Origin: Fibrobacteria bacterium
GTDB lineage: Bacteria; Fibrobacterota; Fibrobacteria; UBA11236; JADFYW01
NCBI GenBank assembly: GCA_015232855.1
Contig: JADFYW010000009.1
Coordinates: 4,882 to 68,881 of the forward strand
Reading direction: 5' to 3'
DNA: 64,000 bases
In this document: piece after piece, positions 26,319 to 35,597 of the stretch
How the letters are laid out: every line of letters begins with the position of its first letter
How positions within the stretch are numbered: the stretch's first letter is position 1
Notes under the pieces: generated by a model
The model's input: the letters and a program-made list of their open reading frames with translations, nothing else
Told to the model about the DNA's origin: nothing
Database searches by the model: none
Position numbers and translations under genes: made by a program

Positions 26319-26615
26319 TTACATAAGTTTCAGGCGCTCTTCGGGGGTCAGCAAGGTAACCAGCCTGACGCCAAAGTTATCATCAATAATGACGACTTCT
26401 CCCTTGGCAATAACCTTGTTATTAACCACAAAATCAACTGTCTCTCCCGCAAGTCGCCCTAATTCAACTACTTTACCTGTTTTTAATTCTAAAAGCTCCC
26501 TTATTTTAAGTTTTGAATCTCCTAAAATAAGACGAATAGGCAGTTTGATATCCTGAAGGTTTTCAATATCCAGTTTTTTTCGGTTAGAAGCAGTGTATTT
26601 AATATTTTGGGTCAT
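26319..26615 (-). CDS. FliN/SpoA-domain protein (flagellar switch / T3SS sorting-platform C-ring fold)
   Basis: 98 aa. IKLPIRLILGDSKLKIRELLELKTGKVVELGRLAGETVDFVVNNKVIAKGEVVIIDDNFGVRLVTLL is a near-consensus FliN C-terminal (SpoA) domain. Confidence 0.8.
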   Translation of the reverse strand: MTQNIKYTASNRKKLDIENLQDIKLPIRLILGDSKLKIRELLELKTGKVVELGRLAGETVDFVVNNKVIAKGEVVIIDDNFGVRLVTLLTPEERLKLM

Positions 26616-27049
26616 TTTGTTCCAATAATTCTATGCCTGTTATAATTATATCGAAATTTCTGACTAATTTCTTAAGAATAATCATACAAGACCGATTTTT
26701 TTTCTGTTTGAGCGAAAAAAGAGTTAAAAAAATGACATTTCTTTAATAGAAAAGATGGATTTTTCTTTTTTTTGCCTCTTCATGATAATTTTTTTTTGGG
26801 TAAACCGGTTAAGTACTTTGTGTTAATTATTGAAAAAAGATCGCAAAGCTGGTATAATATTTGAGATGGTAATGCTCAATTCGATATCTTTCAGTATTTT
26901 ATTGCTGGTGCTTAGCGTAGTAGTAACGGTTTATTTATTGACAAGGGAATTCAAACTGGAAAAGTCATTTTTTGACAGGGAAGAGCAAAGGTTACGTCAA
27001 AAAATAATTAAATATCAGATGTCCAATGAACAGACTGAATAAATGAGGC

Positions 27050-28690
27050 TTATACCTTCGTTTTTAGTTGAAAAGAAAACTTTGTACCTTTTCCCCATTC
27101 TGATGTGGCCATAAGTTTGTTGCCATGACTCTCGATAATACCTTGGGAAACAGGTAGTCCAAGTCCTGAACCTTCTGAATGGCTTGCGGCATCACCAATA
27201 CGAGAAAACTTATTGAAAATTTTATTAAGGTCCTTTTTTTTAATACCTGTCCCGTTGTCTTCAACAAAAAACTCAATATAATCTGGTTTTGAAAATATTG
27301 AACCCTGGGCCGAAGGGTCATTGATAACCGATTGAGCTCCCAGTTTTACCATTCCTTCTTTATCAGTAAACTTCACTGCGTTTGAAAGGAGGTTCATCAT
27401 TACTTCCCGTATTTTTTCAAAATCTCCCATTACATCGGGTAAGCCCTCTTCAACAGTAATTTCAAGGGATAGTTCTTTGTTTTTACATCGGGGATTGATA
27501 ATGTCAAAACACTGAGTGACCAGTTCTGCCGGCTTAAAGGGCTGAATATGATAATTCATATTTCCGGATTCGATTTTACTTAAATCAAGAATATTGTTGA
27601 CCAGACGTTCAAGACGTTGTCCTTCATTATTAATTATCTGCAGGTATTCTTTTTGATCAGAAAAATTATTAGACCGCTGTTCCAATAATGATTCTGAATA
27701 GGCAAGTATTGAAGCAAGGGGTGTTTTTAATTCATGGCTAACCATTGAAATGAAGTTATCCTTCATTTTATCCAGTTCTTTTAGACGCTCTAGTTCTTTG
27801 GACAAAGCAAGATCCTGGCATACACATACCATGCCGGGTTTTGCGGACTCGGAGATATGCATGACTGAAGCGGTTAAAAGGGCCGTTCTTTCTTCGTTAT
27901 ATAGCGGGGTTTTAAAGGTGAGTTCTACGGGTTCGGGGTTTTCATAATTCTGAATATGTTGTAAGAGCTTGGAAAATGTATCACGCAGATAATCAGGAAA
28001 AACAACTGAATATTTATTTCCAATTGCAATTTTGGACCTGATTTCAAAGAAGTTCTCCGCTTTCTTATTAAAAATGGTAATCTTCCCGTCCGGATCTATT
28101 GTTACTACCGCATGAGAAAGAGAGGCGATAACACCATCGATATATTCCTTCATGGAATTTAAGGTTATCGCTCTTTTTTCAAGTTCGGATCGGGATTGGA
28201 TGTTCATAATGGCCAAAGACGTTTGGCCAGCAATTGTAGTAAGTGCAAGACCTGTTATCTCTGAGTAAGAAATGTAAAACTTTCCCAAATCAAGACTTAT
28301 CGCTCCAATAATATCTTGTCCATGGACCATGGGGGCTATGGCCTGGCCGTTGTCTTCAGTATCACCGGGCTGTACGGTAACGGTTCCTCTTTTACAACAC
28401 CAGTATAAAATTTCTTCGTCAATGAGTTCTATGTCTGGATTTTCAGAATATGAAATCTCACCGATAAGGTTAAAGTTTTCGTCATTGAATAAATAAACCT
28501 GGCATGAGAGACATTCAATAACCTGGGGGATAATGGCAAACAAGGATTGGAGAATGTCTTCCAGAGATTTTGAATCATTGATCTCAACTGAGAGATTTTG
28601 AATAGCAAATAACTGGTCAAACGACTTTCGGAAATCACTGTTAGTGACCCGGAGCTGCTCCAGTTCTTCTCTATGATTTTCTTTATTCAT
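27050..28690 (-). CDS. Cytoplasmic GAF-PAS sensor histidine kinase
   Basis: H-box SHELKTPL, N-box LLSNAVKFT, G-boxes DNGTGI and GSGLGL. GAF-like and PAS-like regions lie upstream. No TM segment is visible. Confidence 0.85.
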   Translation of the reverse strand: MNKENHREELEQLRVTNSDFRKSFDQLFAIQNLSVEINDSKSLEDILQSLFAIIPQVIECLSCQVYLFNDENFNLIGEISYSENPDIELIDEEILYWCCKRGTVTVQPGDTEDNGQAIAPMVHGQDIIGAISLDLGKFYISYSEITGLALTTIAGQTSLAIMNIQSRSELEKRAITLNSMKEYIDGVIASLSHAVVTIDPDGKITIFNKKAENFFEIRSKIAIGNKYSVVFPDYLRDTFSKLLQHIQNYENPEPVELTFKTPLYNEERTALLTASVMHISESAKPGMVCVCQDLALSKELERLKELDKMKDNFISMVSHELKTPLASILAYSESLLEQRSNNFSDQKEYLQIINNEGQRLERLVNNILDLSKIESGNMNYHIQPFKPAELVTQCFDIINPRCKNKELSLEITVEEGLPDVMGDFEKIREVMMNLLSNAVKFTDKEGMVKLGAQSVINDPSAQGSIFSKPDYIEFFVEDNGTGIKKKDLNKIFNKFSRIGDAASHSEGSGLGLPVSQGIIESHGNKLMATSEWGKGTKFSFQLKTKV

Positions 28691-28710
28691 GAGCTTCGTT
28701 GTATTCCTCG

Positions 28711-29571
28711 TTAAATCGCTTGAAGAAAAATACTTGCCTTAGTTATTTCATCTTCCGCCCGTTCAAGGAATTTAGGCAGATCAATAGAATTAAAATTCAT
28801 GTCGTTCCAAATAGTCTCTGACACAATAGGTATACTGTTATCCCCCCCAGAGCCACTTCCCAGAGCCCTGGCAAAAATATCTGCCAGATGCACCAGACCG
28901 GTGATTTCTTTATAATCACCCGCCAGCTCGGGATTATGATGATATTGAATAACGGCGGTAAGATTTGATGGCAGCTTCCATCGTTCGGCAACCCAGGATC
29001 CTATTTCCTGGTGAGTAACTTTTAACACTCCCTTTTCTGCGTCTTTTAATAAACAGTTATGCTTATCTCTGTAAATGAGAACTTCTTCAAACAAATCAAC
29101 AACACAATGGTTAATAATTACTTTTCCGAGATCATGTAATAAACCGCCGATAAATGCTTCTTCAGAAATTTTATGCTTGTATAATTCAGCCAGAACTTTT
29201 GCGATAGCTCCTGTGGAAACTGAATGGAGCCAGAATGCTTCCTGGTCAAATTCTTTAGATTTACCAGTTTTTCCAATGACATTCAAAATAGAAGCTGTGA
29301 GTACAATGTTTTTTACAGTAGTGAACCCTAAAATAACAATTGCATGGGTAATTGTTTTTATCCGGCCCGGAAAACCATAAAAAGCAGAATTCACTAATTT
29401 CAGTGTTTTTGAAGTGAGAGACTGGTCGGTAGTAATAGCCTCTCCTACTTCAGCAGCAGAGGTACGTGGATTCTGCATTAACTGGGTAATTTGAGAAACA
29501 ACGGTAGGTAAAGTCGGCAAATCCGATAACTTATTTGTAATGTCCTTAAGGTGTTTAAGGGTATCTTCCAT
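28711..29571 (-). CDS. HDOD domain protein
   Basis: LPTLPTVVSQITQLMQNPRTSAAEVGEAITTDQSLTSKTLKLVNSAFYGFPGRIKTITHAIVILGF and GLLHDLGK are typical HDOD motifs. Confidence 0.85.
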   Translation of the reverse strand: MEDTLKHLKDITNKLSDLPTLPTVVSQITQLMQNPRTSAAEVGEAITTDQSLTSKTLKLVNSAFYGFPGRIKTITHAIVILGFTTVKNIVLTASILNVIGKTGKSKEFDQEAFWLHSVSTGAIAKVLAELYKHKISEEAFIGGLLHDLGKVIINHCVVDLFEEVLIYRDKHNCLLKDAEKGVLKVTHQEIGSWVAERWKLPSNLTAVIQYHHNPELAGDYKEITGLVHLADIFARALGSGSGGDNSIPIVSETIWNDMNFNSIDLPKFLERAEDEITKASIFLQAI

Positions 29572-29867
29572 TATTCACTGTCCATAATATGCTTCTTTAC
29601 AGCATCGTATATTAATTTCATGTTCGGGTTCTCAAGTACTTGTTCAAAGGTCATTTCAAGCTTATTGAGCTTATTTTCTTTTTCCTCTGAAGTATCATCC
29701 CTTTCTTCCAAAATATTTACAATTACCACGCCCCAGTTTCTGAGACGGGAGGACATTGTTGCTTTTAATTCTACACCTGGCGCTAAAAGGATCTTACCGT
29801 CTGTTCCTAAAATAGGTTTGGCGAGCAGCATGCCATCTTCAATTTCTGTTACGGGAACTTTTTTCAC
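29571..29867 (-). CDS. Small protein resembling the N-terminal module of HD-GYP/HDOD proteins (DUF3391-like)
   Basis: VPVTEIEDGMLLAKPILGTDGKILLAPGVELK is the pattern commonly fused N-terminally to HD-type c-di-GMP proteins. Its stop overlaps the HDOD start (TAATG). Confidence 0.4.
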   Translation of the reverse strand: MKKVPVTEIEDGMLLAKPILGTDGKILLAPGVELKATMSSRLRNWGVVIVNILEERDDTSEEKENKLNKLEMTFEQVLENPNMKLIYDAVKKHIMDSE

Positions 29868-29992
29868 ATCTTTATTTTAACACACCTTTCTTATAACAAG
29901 CAATCTCCAATTGCAATTTATTATTGATTAGTTAGTGATATTTTTTCGGATTCTCTTAAGGTTAAATAGAATGGAGCTATTTCAAATAGAGA

Positions 29993-30012
29993 ATAACTCT
30001 GGATAACTCTGG
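29993..30012. promoter_or_regulatory. Perfect tandem 10-bp direct repeat (ATAACTCTGG x2) in a divergent promoter region
   Basis: Read directly from the sequence. It lies between the minus-strand HDOD/kinase operon (start 29867) and the plus-strand PilZ gene (start 30118). Confidence 0.3.
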
Positions 30013-30117
30013 AAAAGTTGGGGCTTTAAAAGATTTTTAAGATTACGTCTGTTTGTTTGAGAAAAAGCTTCATGAAATAAAAGTGGCAGAGTCTTTTGAA
30101 ATAGTTATTTTGAATTT

Positions 30118-31278
30118 ATGATTATAAGAACGCTGGGCATGCTTCCTATTTCGGTTTTTATTTTTTTTATCGGTGTATCGTCACTTTTTTCAGCTGAAAC
30201 CGCTAAGAGAAATAATGTTACTGAAATATTCAGCAAAGCCTTTCCCTCTGCCAGTCCCCTTCTCATTGTTGTAATCGGAACCTTATTAATACTTATCCTT
30301 GGTTGTTTCGTTGCTTGGGAAATTATTAAAACCGATAAACAAAAGCGGGAGAAGGTAAGTCTTAGTTGGCAAAACTTTAGTGAGCTTGCCGGGAAAAGTG
30401 AACTTGGGGTTGAGGATATGAAGCTTTTAAAGGGACTTATCCATGCAGGGAATATAAAACAGGCAGATACTATTTTTGAGGCACCTGGTATTTATGAAAA
30501 AGCATTGAGTGCGTTTATTGAAGAATTTTCTCAGAACTATCCAGAGGAATCCCTACCCTATCAGGAACTTTACCATCTTCGCCAAAAACTTGATTTTGTC
30601 ATGGTTCCCATTGAGACTCCTTTGGTAAGTACACGCCAACTAACACCAGGCTTGCCGATTACCATTAAAAGTGGAAAAAAAAGTGGTTTTATAAAAGCGA
30701 GAGTAAAAGAAGTGACAGAACAGGCCTGGACTATCCAGGCAGAGGGCACTCCGCTTTCAATGGGCGATAATCAGGAAATAATGGTATGGTTCATCAGGGC
30801 TGGTGATGGGGAATATCACCTTCAATCCAGGTTAATATCGAATCAGGACAACATGATGGTTCTCAGTCACACCCTGAATCTGCAAAGAAAGCAACTCAGA
30901 AATTGGGTTCGTGTGGATGTAAATATACCCTGCAGAGTTTCTATTTGGGAGTTAAATACAGCAGATGAAATAATACAAAAGGAGCTGCCCCAAGGGCTTA
31001 AACTTGATGGTCGCATTATTGATATCAGTGGGGGCGGTATGGCTTTAAGACTGAGTAAAAATATTCCATCAAACTCAATGGTTAAACTCTTTTTTGATTT
31101 GCCCGGCACACCGGTTAAAAATGCCCAGGCTGTTGTTTTAAGCTCAAACCCTGTAAAAAAGGGTGTGGATGATGCCTTCATTCATCGATTAAAATTCTCT
31201 GATATGGAAGTGCAGCTTCAGGAAAAAATTATCCGCTTTGTATTTGAGAAAAATCGTATGGATTCTCAGTTTCGTTGA
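30118..31278 (+). CDS. Membrane-anchored YcgR-like PilZ domain protein (c-di-GMP receptor)
   Basis: Two N-terminal hydrophobic segments. The C-terminal PilZ domain has both signature motifs: RKQLR (RxxxR) and DISGGG (D/NxSxxG). Confidence 0.75.
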   Translation: MIIRTLGMLPISVFIFFIGVSSLFSAETAKRNNVTEIFSKAFPSASPLLIVVIGTLLILILGCFVAWEIIKTDKQKREKVSLSWQNFSELAGKSELGVEDMKLLKGLIHAGNIKQADTIFEAPGIYEKALSAFIEEFSQNYPEESLPYQELYHLRQKLDFVMVPIETPLVSTRQLTPGLPITIKSGKKSGFIKARVKEVTEQAWTIQAEGTPLSMGDNQEIMVWFIRAGDGEYHLQSRLISNQDNMMVLSHTLNLQRKQLRNWVRVDVNIPCRVSIWELNTADEIIQKELPQGLKLDGRIIDISGGGMALRLSKNIPSNSMVKLFFDLPGTPVKNAQAVVLSSNPVKKGVDDAFIHRLKFSDMEVQLQEKIIRFVFEKNRMDSQFR

Positions 31279-31598
31279 TTTCCTAAAACAGAAAATATTT
31301 TCTTTAAGTAGTCTTTTTTGTTTCCTGGTTGTGCTATTTAGCGCGCTAGAGAGCAAAATAATATGCAAAAAATGTTGCTTTAAGTAAGATTATTTTTGGA
31401 AGTTTTACACAAGATATTGTGTAGTATTCTCCATATATGCCCCCATATATATTGTTTTACCCCATTTCATTTTTTTGAGGATTGTTCTTTTTGTGTTAAG
31501 GCATTTTTAAACATAACCGATAAATTTGAAGTGGAAGAAAATCTGATTATGTACCAGCTGAATTGCACAGGAAGAAACTTGAAACGAGTATTTAAAAC

Positions 31599-32684
31599 AT
31601 GCCAATAAAAATTAAAGACAATGTAATACGACTTATGAGCGGAGACCCCGTTAGCGTAGGACTTGATATCGGCAATCATAGTGTAAAAATTGTCTGTATC
31701 CGGCACCGGCCATCAGGTCCACTGCTTTTAAGTGCGGGTATCCATGTTTTTAAAGAAGGCACGATGGAAAATGGTGAAATTCAAAACCGCAATGAATTAT
31801 TAAATGCTGTTATTTCCTTGATAAACAAAACTCCTACCCGGAAAATCAAAAAGGTAAATTTCTCGCTTTCCTGGTCATATGGCGTTATTGCGGATCGTAT
31901 ACGTCTTAAATCTTCTCAGATTGAATCTGATGAAGAACTCATTCTCATGGAAGCAAGCAGGCATAGTCCATTTGATGTAGATGATATTCAACTCGATTAT
32001 AAGATATTGAACAAGAATGATGTGACTGGTGATATGGAAGTATTACTGGTTGCGGCCAAGGTAAATAAAATGCAACCGTTTTTGTCATTGATTGAAGATG
32101 CAAACCTGGAGGCTGTTAATGTGGATGTGGACACATTCGCAACGACAAATGCATTTCTATTTTCTGCAAATCCGGAGGATTTAGATAAAGTAGTCTGTCT
32201 TGCTAACATCGGAGATAATGTGACCAATCTCACTTTTATTAAGCATGGCGCTTATCATTCAACCAGGGATGTAGAAACAGCAGGCAATTATTTTCTACAG
32301 ACTATCGCCAAAAAACTGGACATCAATCCGATGGAAGCAACATCCATCCTGAAAGGACGAAGCCAGCAAAATTTCGATGAAGAGCTTGTTGAAAATTGTA
32401 TAGAAAACTCCGCTGAAGAATTATCAGTGGGTATTGAAATGGCATTTAAATATTTCAAATCAATGGAAAATAATTTGAGCATAGACAAACTGGTATTATG
32501 TGGAGGCGGTGCCTGTATCGAGACTCTGCCAGAACTCCTGGCTGAGCGACATGATATCGAAGTGGAAATTGCTGACCCGTTAAGCAAAATAGACTGTGAC
32601 AAATCAAAATTTGTAACTGCAATCCCAAAAAACATTTCAACTAGTCTTATGGTGGCAACAGGACTTGCTATCAGGAAATTTTAA
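31599..32684 (+). CDS. pilM: Type IV pilus assembly ATPase-fold protein PilM
   Basis: VGLDIGNHSVKIV is the actin-like N-terminus. It is 361 aa and is followed by pilNOPQ. Confidence 0.85.
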   Translation: MPIKIKDNVIRLMSGDPVSVGLDIGNHSVKIVCIRHRPSGPLLLSAGIHVFKEGTMENGEIQNRNELLNAVISLINKTPTRKIKKVNFSLSWSYGVIADRIRLKSSQIESDEELILMEASRHSPFDVDDIQLDYKILNKNDVTGDMEVLLVAAKVNKMQPFLSLIEDANLEAVNVDVDTFATTNAFLFSANPEDLDKVVCLANIGDNVTNLTFIKHGAYHSTRDVETAGNYFLQTIAKKLDINPMEATSILKGRSQQNFDEELVENCIENSAEELSVGIEMAFKYFKSMENNLSIDKLVLCGGGACIETLPELLAERHDIEVEIADPLSKIDCDKSKFVTAIPKNISTSLMVATGLAIRKF

Positions 32685-32692
32685 TAAGCATT

Positions 32693-33412
32693 ATGAGTGA
32701 TTTGATAGAAATAAATTTACTACCCGTAGAAAATCGGAAGATAAGAAAGGATTACACCTATCTTCTGGACATAAAAGCGGTTTTACCCACTTTGGTGCTT
32801 GTGGTTACTTTGCTGTGTTACCAATTTGGAAATAAGTATATCGACAATCGGATTGAAGCCAGTGAAAAAACTCTGGAAAAACTGGATAACGCAATCAAGG
32901 AAAATCAACCAATTCTGGCTCGTATCGCAACCCTTGAAAAACTGCTTCAAGAAAAAGAAGGAAAGAACATTTCTTTGAAAAGTATCACTCAAAACAAGAA
33001 ATTTTGGGTACGTCTTATGGAGGGGTGCAATAAATCAATGCCAGCTAATACCTGGTTAACCGAAATTATACAGGTCCCTGAAAATGAATCGCAGTTGAGA
33101 GTTAAAGGTGCCACCTATCTATTTTCAGAAGTGGCAGTATATATGATTGATCTTGAAGCAATTGAATCCATCAACCAGGTTCAGCTTGAAAAAATAGAAG
33201 TCGATCCATTGAATAAATCACGGGCTTTCTTTTTTAACCTTGTGCTACAGCTCAATTTAACTTCTGATGTGGGTAGCACTATTATGCCCCAGGTTCCAGA
33301 AGGTTTGGAAATACCTCCTGGAGAAATGCCAGAAGGCGGGGCCCCTGCATTTAGTCCACCTCCAAACATCAACGACACTCCTGATAACTCAAAACTGGAT
33401 TTTAGCACATGA
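32693..33412 (+). CDS. pilN: Type IV pilus assembly protein PilN (with Pro-rich C-terminal extension)
   Basis: INLLP.. N-terminus, a single TM, a coiled coil and its position after pilM. The tail is MPQVPEGLEIPPGEMPEGGAPAFSPPP. Confidence 0.7.
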   Translation: MSDLIEINLLPVENRKIRKDYTYLLDIKAVLPTLVLVVTLLCYQFGNKYIDNRIEASEKTLEKLDNAIKENQPILARIATLEKLLQEKEGKNISLKSITQNKKFWVRLMEGCNKSMPANTWLTEIIQVPENESQLRVKGATYLFSEVAVYMIDLEAIESINQVQLEKIEVDPLNKSRAFFFNLVLQLNLTSDVGSTIMPQVPEGLEIPPGEMPEGGAPAFSPPPNINDTPDNSKLDFST

Positions 33413-33999
33413 AGAACCTGTCGTTAAACGGAAAATTATGGATTTTCGCCTGCTTGTGCGTTGGAGCAGCGGGTTATCTCGGTTGGTCTTTTAAAACTGA
33501 AAAATGGGATACCTATATAGTCACCATAAAAGAAAATGAAGAGATCATTTTCTTAAAGCGGGCAAGATTACAAAAGATTATCCTGCAGAAACAGCGGCTG
33601 GAACAATTAAATGCTGAAATTGAAAATGCGGACAAAGAATTTAAAGAATTAAATGAAATGTTCCCTGATAAGGATATTATTCCCAAACGAATAAAAGACC
33701 TCAATCGTGCTGCCAGACACTCTTCTGTGTTACCGGTAAGTTTTGAGCCTGTCAATACGGTAGAGAAAGAATACTATACAGAGAATTTTTATAAGGTTAA
33801 AGTTTCTTCAGACTACCACAGGCTTGGACGTTTTCTGGAGTCTATTGCAAACTTTAAATATCCCACTGCAATTACTGAGGTCAAGATAGTTCAAAATCCA
33901 CAAATGATGAATGAATCAACGGACAAAGAATTTGTAGATGTTGAAGGTAATTTGTTATTAACTGAGTTCAAACTTAAAACCTATACGGCCAGAAAATGA
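33409..33999 (+). CDS. pilO: Type IV pilus assembly protein PilO
   Basis: Single TM, coiled coil and a ferredoxin-like C-terminus. Its position fits, and it has 4-nt ATGA overlaps with both neighbours. Confidence 0.65.
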   Translation: MKNLSLNGKLWIFACLCVGAAGYLGWSFKTEKWDTYIVTIKENEEIIFLKRARLQKIILQKQRLEQLNAEIENADKEFKELNEMFPDKDIIPKRIKDLNRAARHSSVLPVSFEPVNTVEKEYYTENFYKVKVSSDYHRLGRFLESIANFKYPTAITEVKIVQNPQMMNESTDKEFVDVEGNLLLTEFKLKTYTARK

Positions 34000-35597
34000 A
34001 AGGATTATTGAATAAACCGATATTGCTTTGCGTGCTCGTTTGGGCTAGCGTAAATGGCGCCAGGCTTACGCGCATACATATGGGAGACTATGTGGACAAG
34101 GTTTACATAGAATATTATTTCGCTGGAGAAGGGGACGAAATCCGGATACCAAAGTTTTTTCAGCATTTTAAAAAATCAGATCAAACATTCTCTATTAATT
34201 TTTTAGAGACAGAAAGTGAAATTGATTTGGGTATCTATGCTGCACCAGCCAATAACCCTTATGCAAGTCAGATAGTTCTTAAAAAGATAAAAAGGAAAAA
34301 AAACGGGCAGATTCGAAATTTTCTCTCGGTTGAATTTTCTGCTCTCAAGGGTATGGATAAAAAGAGATATCCCGCTGTGAAAGCAGACCACAATCTTTTG
34401 CGACTTGAGTTGCCTATACAAAGTAATACTTCTATTGACTGGTTACTAGCTCCTCAAACGAGTCAGATTGCTAAGAATAATGATACTCAACCCGAAGGGA
34501 CTATTGATCCCAAACATGTCGGGGATAAAGCAAAGACATTTACCGTAAAACCTGAAATAGCGGAATACATTGTTTTAAGAGATGAGGTGAATTTGCGGAG
34601 TCAACCTCGTGTTGATGTTAAGGTAGTAGGCAAATTAGCTATTGGGACAGAAGTAACCCGGATAAGTGAAAAAAACAACTGGTTCCTGGTGGTAGCAGGA
34701 AAAGATTCAGGATATATCCGGAAAGATATGATAGTGCGAAGTGATGGATTAAATCAGGCCCAGTTAGATAAAATAAATAGTGTCATTGAGGCTAAAGAGA
34801 AGAAAGTGCAGGAAGAAGAGGCTAAACAGCGGGCTGAAGCAGAGCGCAAAGAAAAGGAAGTGTTGGCCGCAAAACAAAAAGAGGAAGAAAAGCGAAGAAT
34901 TACCGAAGAGAAAGAAGCTGAAAAAGTGCGACTTAAAAAAGAAAAAGAAGAGCGGGAAGCGGAGGAAAAACGAAAAGAGACTTTGGCAGCAAAACAGAAA
35001 CAAGAAGAAGATGAGAGAAAAGCAGTAGCAAAAAAGCTGGAACAGGAACGATTGGAAAAAGAAAAACAGCAGCGTGCTGTGGAGAAACAAAATCGCCTGG
35101 CAGCAGAAAAGCGTCTAAAAGCTCAGAAAGCTTCTTTGGCTAATGCAGAAAAATTACAACAAGAAACCAGAAACGAGGCAGAAGAAGATTGGATGATGAC
35201 GGAAAAGAAACTGGCGGCCAAACTTATCAACGATAACCGTACCACGATACAGACAAAAAAATCGGAACCGAAGAAAGCCAAAAGGGTACATTATTCGAGT
35301 TTTGGAAGTCGTGATCCGTTTCTTCCTCTCAAAGAACTTGCCATAAAAGAAGGGAATATGCGTATTGATCAAATGAAGCTTGTTGGTATCATATGGGAAA
35401 CTCATAGTCCATTGGCCGTACTTGAACATCGTATGGAATCCGGTATATCTTTGACTGTAAAAGAAGGCGATGTTATAAACAATGGTACCGTTGTTCAAAT
35501 AACAAAAAAAGAATGTATCTTTGATATTTCTGAGTATGGCGTTATACGCTCCTATACCTTAAGACTTGTCTCCCCGATAAAAAGGATGTCACCATGA
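33996..35597 (+). CDS. Atypical 533-aa PilP-like protein: AMIN-like N-terminus, SH3b, ER/K charged helix, PilP-like C-terminus
   Basis: Positionally it is PilP. The C-terminus has SRDPFLPL plus a beta-rich domain. The SH3b-like segment is VNLRSQPRVDVKVVGKLAIGTEVTRISEKNNWFLVV. An E/K/R-only tract of about 129 aa lies at nt 34803..35189. Confidence 0.5.
   Translation: MKGLLNKPILLCVLVWASVNGARLTRIHMGDYVDKVYIEYYFAGEGDEIRIPKFFQHFKKSDQTFSINFLETESEIDLGIYAAPANNPYASQIVLKKIKRKKNGQIRNFLSVEFSALKGMDKKRYPAVKADHNLLRLELPIQSNTSIDWLLAPQTSQIAKNNDTQPEGTIDPKHVGDKAKTFTVKPEIAEYIVLRDEVNLRSQPRVDVKVVGKLAIGTEVTRISEKNNWFLVVAGKDSGYIRKDMIVRSDGLNQAQLDKINSVIEAKEKKVQEEEAKQRAEAERKEKEVLAAKQKEEEKRRITEEKEAEKVRLKKEKEEREAEEKRKETLAAKQKQEEDERKAVAKKLEQERLEKEKQQRAVEKQNRLAAEKRLKAQKASLANAEKLQQETRNEAEEDWMMTEKKLAAKLINDNRTTIQTKKSEPKKAKRVHYSSFGSRDPFLPLKELAIKEGNMRIDQMKLVGIIWETHSPLAVLEHRMESGISLTVKEGDVINNGTVVQITKKECIFDISEYGVIRSYTLRLVSPIKRMSP

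Noticed and set aside
26830-27042. 70-aa ORF (TTG start) with one hydrophobic segment and a charged tail, in the 434-bp gap between the kinase and the FliN-like gene
   Set aside because: It could be a real small membrane protein. It has no support beyond being an ORF in an AT-rich spacer with poly-T tracts, so I did not call it.
31279-31598. 320-bp region upstream of pilM, checked for a sigma-54 promoter (TGGCAC-N5-TTGC) as is common for pilus genes; it contains a small palindrome TACACAAGATATTGTGTA and CCATATAT direct repeats
   Set aside because: There is no convincing -24/-12 element. The palindrome and repeats are short enough to arise by chance in AT-rich DNA.
34764-35498. ORFs 34764..35090 (-), 34780..35028 (+) and 35154..35498 (-), with low-complexity F/L/S-rich or K/R-rich products
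   Set aside because: These are alternative-frame or antisense readings of the purine-rich ER/K-coding tract of the PilP-like gene. They are compositional artefacts.
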